From Octopus sinensis (taxonomy: Eukaryota): DNA of 64,000 nucleotides. Below, piece after piece: positions 54,100-64,000 of the stretch. Each line of letters opens with the position of its first letter. The first letter of the stretch is position 1. Under the pieces are notes generated by a model. That model was not told the origin of the DNA. It saw nothing but the letters and a program-made list of their open reading frames with translations, and searched no databases. The DNA lies in assembly GCF_006345805.1 (NCBI RefSeq), contig NC_042997.1:164610001-164674000 (forward strand). Reading direction: 5' to 3'. The position numbers and the translations under genes are program-made.

Positions 54100-54700
54100 C
54101 TAACCCCGTCTTTGGGGTGTGTGTCGGGGTTGTTTTGTAGCTTTGGTAAAGAAATAAGCCTGCTATTGCAAACTAAGGACATTAAACCCTACCGTTTAAT
54201 TTGCCGTTTAGCGACAGCTACTGACTGATACACTAGAGTAGCTAAAAAAGAAACAGGTTCTGCTACATATTTGCTCGGTAAATTTTAACAGCAGTGGGTT
54301 TAAAGCACAGAATATAGTATTTTATGAAATAATAACAGAAAACGAGAGGTAGAATATAATAGAGTTGACGAAGTGTCTTTGTAGCAGCATCCACTGAGTA
54401 CACTCCCATGTTGGTAGGAAGAACAGCAAGACTCAGTTGTATAATTTTTACCTAAAGAACTCATTTTACGAATTTCCCTAAATTCGTAAAATGAGTTTTG
54501 ATGCGTCGGCTAGAGAATTTATTTTTAAAAAATGGGTGAAAGACCCGATTTCATTTACAACCTTATAACACACTTAGCATTTCTTCGAAATGTCAAAACA
54601 CACACCTCTCTCTCTCTTTCTCTGCGACACACAAACTTGTCTTCGACGCAGTCTGTCACTAGTATCCTAAAATATATTTTTTTGTTTTCACTACTCTTCC
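54100..54700 (-). promoter_or_regulatory. Putative promoter / first exon of the minus-strand gene at the edge of a CpG-retaining domain
   Basis: Onset of CpG retention in unique sequence, minus-strand donor AAACG|gtaggg at 54193, upstream of the 53052-53344 exon. Inference. Confidence 0.4.
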
Positions 54701-57407
54701 TTTTTTTTTTTTTGAAAAATAATTCAACCTATGCTAAACTGATGTAGAAATGGAAATAAGTACAAACAACATTTTAAAAAAGTATTCTTTTTTTAAGACT
54801 GCGACCTTTCATATGAAATATTCAAATAAATATAATAAATTTATTAAGTTACAAAAATATTAGAAAGAAAACAGAAAAGTTAGTTTCTAACTGTTAAAGA
54901 GAAACATCAAATTAATTTTAAATGAAATGTGAATTTTAAGAAAAAAATTACGAAACAGCAATCATTAGAAAAAAAAATATAAGAAACCTTGATTGCAATA
55001 TTTGAAGGTATAATAAACTGGTCAATTTAAAAAACAAAATCCAAATTCAGGGCATAAAATATTTTTTTTCAGTTCTTTATGTAGATATAAATGTTTTGGT
55101 GTAAATTTTCTTCTCGTCAATGTTATTGTCGCTGTTGTTAATTATCTTAAATTACTTTGATATTTTGAACATTAATATATGATATAAATATATATATATC
55201 CCATATGTATATAATTTATCATAGAAGATAATTAGGAAAGAAAACAATAACTTATAACAAGCATATGAACAAGAATGTTATCTACAGGAATAATGATAAC
55301 GACAGTTGTCGCAAGCAATGTAGATAAAATGAACATTCCGTCGTCGTAGCTTAAAGACCACCTAGTGATGGGTCAAAGGGAGATAATAAATGACAACCCT
55401 ACTAAGAGTCACAATGAAAAACTTTAGTATTCATGTCAAATATAAAAATATCTTTTCAAATACATTAAAACTAAATGACAGCAATAACCTCGAGATAACG
55501 AGGGAGCCTCAACGCAGCCATTCGACCCTCTAGATATAGCAGCTAAATCACACTCTGTCGTCTTAAAAAAAAAACGAAGGACACATTGCCAAATTTAATC
55601 TGATATATAGAAAGATAGAATGGTCACAACTAGAATACTTAAATGATTTTCTTTCTAACTCTGGTACAACAGTTTTGAAGAGATGGGAAGACGACTACGT
55701 TGACCTTTCAGTGTTCAACTCGTACTTATTTTATAGATTCCGAAAGGATGAAAGACAAAGTCAACCTCGGCGGAATTTGAACTCAGAATGGAAAGCCGAA
55801 AGAAATGCCACGAAGAATTTCGTTCGGTGCGGTAACGATTCTGCTAGCTCGCCACCTCAGAATACTTTAGTAATCATTTCTACTATAGGCATAAGGCCTG
55901 AAATTTTGGAGTTGGAGACTAGTCGATAACAGTGTTTAGCTGTTATTTTTAACGACCCCGAAAGGAAGAAAAGCAATGTTAACTTCGGCAGAATTTGAAC
56001 TCAGAAAGAATGCATTAATCATAAAAACATGATACTTTTCTCTTTTTGTCTAACCTATGGTTACAAAATCCACAATCTCATGTTTAACTTTCAAAGCTTA
56101 GCTTCCGTTAACTTGTCCAAAATCCACGAATGCTCGTTAAGGACGGTTAATTTACATTCGCTTTGATAGCATTAAGAATTTAGAATGACCAGTATTCACT
56201 TTAGTAAAACACTAAGTCTATTGAGCCAACGAGGAAGCCCCTACGTGGTTACTAGATATGCTAGAAATAGAAGCCATACTTTCCTAAAATCAAAGTCTGT
56301 TGTCTTAGAAAGGGAAGACGTGTGGCCTCGTGGTTTTGTTGTTGCACCCGCAATCGCAAGATCGTTGTTTGGATTCCCTGACTGGAGGGTACGTGGTATT
56401 CTTGAACAACACCCCTTCATTTCACGTTGCTCCAATCCACTCAGCTGACTGCCGTCCCATTCCGTGTAATGTTTTTTTTTATCTCGGTCACTCATACACC
56501 ATGGAAACCGGGTAAATCGGACGTACGAGTCCTAACACTCGAGTACCATTGATTTTTTTTTACTGTCTTAGAAAGGGGAAGGGCCCGCCAAGGATACGCT
56601 GGATACTTGTAATCAGAGATAAACTATACCCAAAACAAAGGGAACGGCGAAAATTCTTTTGATCATAGTTCTATTCGGGATGAACCTGGGGCTAAATAAT
56701 GTACCACAATCATTTATCTCATCTCCAGTCGAGGAAATAACTAGTAATAAGATCCCAGTCCAGAGAAAGAACACATACCAAAAAGCAGAGGTTTTCAAAC
56801 GTTTTGGGCCACCGACCCCCTTTTGGCCACATTATACCCTCAGCGCCCCACCCCCATTTTTATGTATAAATAAATATTTTATAGTTTACAAATTTATATA
56901 TACTATGAATCATTTGATATTTAATATAATATTATATAATTTGTATTCAATACTATAATAATATAAATTCATAGCGTCCCCCAATCCACTGCCTTCATCT
57001 CAATGCCTCCTTTTTCTCTACCCCTACCTCACCCCCCGACCACCCACGTAGACACCAGCGCCAACCTGGACCCTCTCAACGCCTACCGGAGTGTGGTAGC
57101 GCCCACTTTGAGAACCCATGCTATAAAAGATGAACTCAATATCCGCGATCCAATAAATATATGCGTTGCAATCCTTAAACTTATTAAGTTCTCTTCTATT
57201 CTGTGTTTATTCGACATGAACGAACTGTCTGATTAAGGTTAACTAGTCGTAACTTCGAAGTCACTTTCACCACTGTTGTAAAATTATAATAAATATGTAC
57301 TCTACAAAAAGTATTGAGTAATCCTTCAGTTTAATGCAAATTGTTGTCATTTTAATAACACACTATAAAAACAAACATCATTAATATAATATAATGTAAT
57401 ATAATAA

Positions 57408-57449
<42 letters not shown>

Positions 57450-59071
57450 ACCACGCACACACATACACATATGGTTTGAGATTATCTGTAACAGTGGGGT
57501 GGTCTCGACTAGAAAGCCTTTGATAATAAGTCTATCTAATCAATCAGGCCTGATATCAAGTTATCAACCTCATTCATTTTAAAAACAGAAGTGATGAACA
57601 GATTACCCAACGTAAATCAAGTTTGAGAATTTCGTGGGAAACAATTATTATATTTTATGCGCAAACATCAAAAAGAATTGTCAGAAGTTTATACTTCGTT
57701 TTCAAATAAATGTTTGATCTCCACACGAGAACAAATTATCAGTAAAATAATAAATCAGTCTCAAAGGGTTCGTATGTCTTATAGCTTTAAGCTTAATGTA
57801 AAACAAACTACGATATTTAACTTAGAATATTGATTTCATTGGAACAAACCAGAATTTTTTTGTGGGAGACTACAGTTGATTAAACTGACTTCAGTACTTG
57901 ACTGATAATTATTTTATCCATCCCTACATTAAAAAAAAAAAAAGACAAAAAAAGGAAGAAAAAGGGAAAAATCGATTTCGTGAGAAGTTGAACTTGTAAC
58001 GTAATGAAGCATAGCTAACTTATTCAATGCATTTTGTTTAGATCTTTACTGATTCTGTACCCTTATTTATTGTTGTTCTTAAAATTTGATAACGCTGAGA
58101 TTAATTGAAAATTATAATTAACTTTAGCTTATATAGTTTCATAAGTTCAATAAGGAAGGAGTATAAGAATTTTATATATTATATTATGTTACGAAGCGCA
58201 TGTCGCTCTATAACCAGGAATTAAAAATGAATTGCAGATTTGGTTCACTGAATAACATTCATTATTCATTTCATACAATTACATTACTTTGATAACTTTT
58301 TCATATTTTACGTTACTATTTGGAAGAAAAAAATGCAGACGCATGATCCTTGTTCTATTCTGGCTCTTGATGTTCTTAATTAAGATCCTACCGAGGGCAA
58401 CTTTACCTTTCATATATAATTGATAAATCCTTGCTGACAAAATTTCAGACTCCCTATTTTAGAAACAATTATCTGAGACAAAAACAAAAAGTAACTTTAT
58501 ATCAGGCATATTAGAAAATTGAGCAGTAGTTTTAGAAGGTAAGTTGGACTAGAGAGGACTACATTTGATCAAATCAACATAGGTATGGCTGTATGATAAA
58601 GAAGCTTGCTCCTCAATCATAGCGCTTTGCTCAAGTGCCTTCTACCATAGCCCCGGATTGACCCAATACCCAGTGAATGGAATTTGATAGAGAGAAATTG
58701 TGCAGAAGCTCATTATATATGATAATTAATAACTCTGTAACATGACTTCACGGTTCGATACGACGCATAAAACCGAAAACACATCACTGGAGGTTATTGT
58801 ACTGAATCAAAAAGAATTTGATGTGATTTACTTTCTTGACTGAGAAGAACAAAAGTTAATGAGGTAGGGTAATGAACATAAATTCTATGTAGTGCTTAAT
58901 TGAAAAATCAGAAGTTCCAAATCACGAATCACATTTTACTTTTCTTAAGATGCATCCTGATCTAATGCTCTCCTATAAAAGGAAGTTTTTTTTTCTCTCC
59001 AACAATCAGGTTTTAATTTAATGATGATTTGAGAAGTATTAGGAGAAATTGAGAGTAAACAAGAACTTCCG

Positions 59072-59160
<89 letters not shown>
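59072..59160. repeat. Long pure (CA)n microsatellite
   Basis: About 44 uninterrupted units. Confidence 0.97.
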
Positions 59161-59162
<2 letters not shown>

Positions 59163-59934
59163 TTTACTAATTTCGCACCATTCTATAGAGTCCCTGCGTA
59201 GTCACTCCACCTGTTAGAAATAGTAGTTAACCACGCTTGTATCAAAATAAATAAAAATCAAAACCTCCGAACAAAACCAAAGAGTTAATCAGATAATTTA
59301 GATATAAATATATTGTCTTAAAAAAGACGGGGTGGTCATGGCTGGAATGCTACGGATCATAGGTTTGCTTAATCAGGACAGACTTGAGACTAAACAATTA
59401 CGACTTGGGTTCGCTATCAGCAATAGAGATTCTCCTACATCAAACTGACCAATGTATCTATAAGAATTGAAAATTAAATATTATTCATACAACCAAAAAA
59501 AAAAAAAAATCAGAATTTCATTTTGAGTTCCAGTTAAATTTGTTGGAATCTAGAAAAATTTGAAATTTTCTTCTTCAATTTTTGCTTTCTTATTTTGTTT
59601 ATCTGGAAGCAAGATTGAAAAATAAGAAAAAATAAAAAAGTTGTCTGTCCTGTCGAAAAAGAGTTGTGTCCCTTACCACTTGTAGCTTATGCCGACAGCT
59701 TTTTTTTTGGTCTTTTTTTTAACGTTTGGTGTTGTTGATGGTGAGAAGGAGTAAAGGGGAAAACTAATAGTTATATAATAAACTGAAGACAAGCGTGATG
59801 TTTCTTTAGTAATTCATTTGTTTTAATAAAAAAATATATCTTGAAAGCATACTGTCTCCTAACTTACGGCTAACTCGAATAACTTCAAACAGAGAGAGGT
59901 TATATCTTAACTAATAACAGGAAATGATATAAAT

Positions 59935-60224
59935 CTAAGTGTTTCTTTCGGTCATTGGACTGTGGCCATGTAGGGGCACCGCCTTGAAGAGTCTTATTTG
60001 AACTAATCAGTCCCAATACTTATTTTTAAAAAAAGCCTTGGACTTATTCTATCGGTCTCTTTTGCTAAACTGCTGAGTTACAGAAACGTAAACAAAACAA
60101 TACCGGTTGTCAAACGGTGAGGAAGAACACACACACACACACACATACATACAAGTACACACACACGCGCGACGAGCTTCTTTTAGGTTCTATCTACCAA
60201 TTTACTCACAAGGTTTTAGTCAGC
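59935..60224 (-). mobile_element. SINE family A, part 1 of a split copy
   Basis: Stops at cacaaggttttagtcagc; the consensus continuation reappears at about 63466. Confidence 0.75.
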
Positions 60225-60230
60225 GCATCG

Positions 60231-61053
60231 GGACAACTCATCACCACCGACTCAACACCGCAGACTCAACACCGCCGACTCAACACCGCAGACTCAACAC
60301 CGCCGACTCAACGCCAGGACAACGCAAAACCAGGAAATTTGATTAATAAATAATTTATTCGTTTTATAAACATTATCAGAAATTTATAAAAAGATTAATC
60401 TTAATACATGGCTTGAATAAAAAAAAAATTTAAAAAGCAGAACTTTTAAAAGTACTGAATTGGTTCGAAGATACCTATATTGGAAGACCAAATCGACGTG
60501 GAAATTGTAGGAGACCTTCACTTTCCCCCCATGAAATGTGGAATGTTTACGAGAGGACGTTGCTCGAGGAAGACCGGACAAATAACCGCGCTGAAGCAGT
60601 AAATCGAAGACTCCAAACAACTGGGAATGTAGCACTCCACAATATGGAAATTCACAAATGAGTTACATAGGGTACAAAGAAGCCGAGATGCATTTTTTGA
60701 GCAACTGATTGGAGGTCATCCCTACCACTAACCCGAAGAAGTATATGAAGGCAGATGAATAGAATTCTGCGTATTGTTTCATCTTTTTCCGAACGATTTC
60801 CCACAGAATATTTGAAGGGAATTGCAACAACTTTCAGTAAATTTCTCATTTAAATTTTAGCCTTGTATTAAAAATGTATAGTTTCTCAATTAATTTTGTT
60901 CGAATTTTAAAATTTATGTCATGTATTAAATTAATCTTTTATAAATACCTCATAATGTTATAAAACGAAAAAAATATTTATTAATCAATTTTCCTGGTGT
61001 AGAGTTGTAGTGTTGAGTTGTTCTGGCGTTGAATCAGCGGTGTTAGGTTGACC
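60231..61053 (+). mobile_element. Mutator-like (MULE) deletion derivative with long TIRs
   Basis: Inverted ends of about 110-130 bp (60299-60400 vs 60930-61044). Interior reads DTYIGRPNRRGNCRRPSL..HEMWNVYERTLLEEDRTNNRAEAVNRRLQ...HSTIWKF...RILRIVS...TEYLKGIA, typical of invertebrate MULE transposase C-termini. No clear TSD. Confidence 0.75.
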
Positions 61054-61061
61054 TGCACCCT

Positions 61062-61062
<1 letters not shown>

Positions 61063-61108
<46 letters not shown>

Positions 61109-63340
61109 TGTGTACAGTGCTCAGGTGCACTACAACTCATCTAAAGTGTATATATAATCAGGTGTAGTTTCGGCGGATTTCGGAAAGCATGAGGGCCTTA
61201 AAAGATGCAGTGTCATGGCAGTCAACAACTGACGCAGGCAGTTTATTCCATGCTTCAGCAACTCTGAGCGTGAAAAAATGTTTCCGAAAGTCATGGGAGC
61301 TGTATTGTTTTCTGACTTTGTAGGCATGTCCACGTGTGTTAGACACATGGAGATCAAAAGGTGTTCAGTGTTGTTGTGGTGAGGTGGTTGATAACTTTGT
61401 GGGTGTTTACCAAGTCCGTCGCCAAACGCCGGAGCTTCAGTGAATCCATGCCCAGGGAAACAAGGCGCTCAGAATATGGTAGGTGTCTGATGGAGGGTAT
61501 GCGTTTGGTTGCACGTCTCTGGACAGATTCCAGGAGGTCAATGTTCTGTGCAAGATAGGGGGTGTTGTCGCCTCTTGTTGGAGAGGTGACTACTTGTGAC
61601 CAGTTTGAGTCCAGCACAAGCTCAACAAAATCGTTTGCACTCTGTGGCCAATGGAAGGTCTCCCAATCGATCTCAGGATGATTGAAATCGCCTGCAATAA
61701 ACACATAAGTGGCTGTTTTCCTGGCAGCAGCTCGGAGGACATTGCAAAGCTGTGGTCCCGATGGTAACTTGGGGGACGATAAACAAACGCCAAGCAGGAG
61801 TGTTGACATGGTCATACGCACGTCACAGAAAAAAACTTCTTCTTGTGATTCGTTCAAATCGGCACAAGGAATTACCAAAAAAATTTGAACGAACGTAGAC
61901 CATCACACCACCACCACGGCGGTTAGTGCGGTCCTTACGGAAGAGGTTGTACCCCGTAATGTTGAAAACCCCATCACAGAGTAAGGAATGCGCCCATGTT
62001 TCCGTGACAGTGATGAAGTCAGGGTCAACACTTCTGACGTAGGCGTTGAACAAATGTATTTTGTTGCATAAACTGCGAGCATTTAAGGACAACAATTTGT
62101 ACCCTGCTCGCAGTTTATGATGGTGTGTAGAGGATGGCAGGTTGTTCTGGCTTAGTTTTCCTGAGTTGCTGTAGTCTTTTTAGTTATTGTGGGTAGAGAG
62201 CACTCAGACCAGCTGGTATCTCTCTTCCACGTTTCAGCAGTCTTGACAAATCTCCAGATTTGTCCATCTTCCCGAAGACTGAAGCTTTCCTGTAGAGCTG
62301 AGTTCCTATTCAGGGAAGCCACTACACGTAGCTTCGGACGTACATCGGACGGTAAGCCTGGGCGTGTTCGGAAGGTGGTCCGATTTTCCCGCCCAGCTTT
62401 AACTGAGGCCAGATGGTAAGAGGTTGCCTCAGTGGGGTCCGTAAAAGACAACTTGATGAGCCTAGGTTTTGGGCCAGGTCGTCCAAGGCGGATAGCACCC
62501 GTTGGGGGAACGCAGCCTAGGTCTTTGGCTGAGTGGCAGCAAAAGCCTGAAGATCAGCCATGTCTTCTGGTACCCCAATGGCAATGACTTCATGGGTGGC
62601 AGAATCCGCGGTCTTAAATGCGACAAGAGGTACAGGTACAGGGAGGTTCTTTAGCAGAGCATTCCGATAAGACCCCTCATTGTGGAGTCCAACCTGAATG
62701 GTTGCTTTTATTCCTGCTACTTCCCCTTTTAAAGCACAGATCGATTGTTGCAGTTCTGCAAGAACCGCACTGGTCAATTGGTGTTGTTGTTGTGCTGCTG
62801 TTGCTCTGGTTGTGGTTGATTTTGTTGTTGCTGTTGTGTGTTGTTGATGTGTTGTTGCTGCTGCTCTGGTTGTGGTTGATTTTGTTGTTGCTGCTGCTCT
62901 GGTTGTGGTTGATTTTGTTGTTGCTGTGTGTTGCTGTTCCGCCTCCTCCACGGGAGTGGCAGGGGGAGACACAATCGTCGGTTGTGGAGGCACGCAGGCC
63001 TGACACTGAAAAGTCCAAGATTTAAGCTGAACCATCTTCCAGAGTCTATCCATCATAGCATTATGATGGCTCTTTTTTTGGCCTGGGATCTTCTGAAAGT
63101 CCGTGGCACATTGGAGGCAGACAGAGATGAGACATGTCCCACATTCGACCCAGCGATTACGGAACGTATTTTCGGGTTCCGTACAGATGTGGCAGGTGTG
63201 ATTTTCTGGGCAGTGTTCTATTTTAGAGCAGCGACCAGTCTTATCGCACGCCGCTATGGATTTCACCATGGCGATTCTGTTGGTTCTGGTCATCCGTAGA
63301 GACAGAAAATGTAAACAACAATACGATAAAAGTAAAATAT
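61063..63340 (-). mobile_element. CR1-clade LINE lacking the reverse-transcriptase domain
   Basis: ORF1 63293-62152 with one frameshift. APE endonuclease motifs LSLNARSL, TETW, RKDR..RRGGGV, GDFN, PTRG are fused directly to the CR1 C-terminus (PYL..IDLLESVQRRATK...RR...DL, TRGH.YK...RKHFFT.RV..AWNKLP). 3' stem-loop and (ATT)n tail at 61063-61108. Confidence 0.9.
62152..63293 (-). pseudogene. CR1 ORF1 with PHD-like zinc finger (about 380 aa, one frameshift near 62530)
   Basis: CxxC pairs CHIC, CGTC, CLQC and CQAC, a coiled-coil-like LAELQQSICALKGEVAGIKA segment, and RLGRPGPKPRLIKLSF in the shifted frame. Confidence 0.8.
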
Positions 63341-63465
63341 TTGTTTTTGATTCGTTCTTTTTTGTGTATATTCCTTGTTCTTAAATATTGTGTGTGTATA
63401 TACACATGTTTCGTTCTTTTTTGTGTATATTCCTTTTTTTCTTAAATATTGCGTGTGTATACATA

Positions 63466-63546
63466 AGAGTATAGATCGAAGACACTTGCCCAAGGATTGA
63501 AAACGGAACCATGTAGTTGGGAAGCAAACTTCTTACCACACAGCCA
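63466..63546 (-). mobile_element. SINE family A, part 2 (head) of the split copy
   Basis: gagtatag..gaagacacttgcccaagg...ggaaccatgtagttgggaagcaaacttcttaccacacagcc continues the consensus broken at 60224. Confidence 0.75.
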
Positions 63547-63828
63547 TGTATGATCCATAAAATTTCTCAACAAAATCGTCTACATTTATTTCAAATAAGT
63601 TTTAGGTTCACGTTTTTCTGGAGCTAGTTGTAAGAAGTTTTACGTTCAACTGAATTTATGAAATCGGGACTTAAATGTGAAGGGGGTAACGGTGGGAGAG
63701 AAAAAAACCCCTACACATATTGTTTTAAAGGATTTTATCTTTCTCATCTTTAATCTTATAGGGCTTCTAGCTTTGATGGTGGATGTCATCCCTAGTATAC
63801 TTGGAAGGCTCTCTCTCTTTCCCCCTCT

Positions 63829-63883
<55 letters not shown>

Positions 63884-64000
63884 AGATATGAGGAGTTTTC
63901 GCCAGGGTGACTCAAACTAATAATAGGTATGTGTTCTGAGTGCTCAAATAGGTGGGCCACCAAAATTCCAGTTTGAACAGCAGTCGAAGTTGTGATTGCA

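Noticed and set aside
57021-57045. G-quadruplex on the minus strand
   Set aside because: One of the four runs has only two G, so it is not a canonical motif.
56786-57120. Single hAT MITE defined by cagaggttttcaaac / tttgagaacccatg ends
   Set aside because: The termini match only loosely and the 8-bp flanks differ; these may be halves of two separate elements.
60243-60312. Short direct-repeat array as a CRISPR
   Set aside because: The 14-bp units are contiguous with no spacers, lie inside a transposon TIR, have no cas genes nearby, and the context is eukaryotic.

Overview
AT-rich eukaryotic, mostly intronic or intergenic DNA packed with microsatellites and transposon relics. It is very probably a coleoid cephalopod (Octopus); this is inferred from the SINE repertoire and microsatellite density, not from a search. 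Nearly all ORFs in the supplied track are microsatellite or TE artefacts. Clearly recognisable elements: a full-length but dead cecropia/Hsmar1-like mariner (4204-5476); two internally deleted mariners; two DD37D (maT) copies that share one deletion; a 264-bp foldback MITE; piggyBac-type MITEs; a solo LTR with a 4-bp TSD and a palindromic ETS/NRF1-like cassette; RTE and RLE-type LINE fragments; a Mutator-like deletion derivative; and a CR1-type LINE that keeps a PHD-like ORF1, the endonuclease and the 3' tail but has lost the whole reverse transcriptase. At least four SINE-like families are present. CpG retention suggests a promoter-like island at about 6.0-7.3 kb and an unmethylated domain from about 54 kb to the end, with CpG-depleted (gene-body-like) DNA in between. 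Candidate host exons occur on both strands, but I could not identify their products, and the gene models are tentative. No CRISPR array, rRNA or true tRNA gene was seen. There is one 100-N assembly gap.
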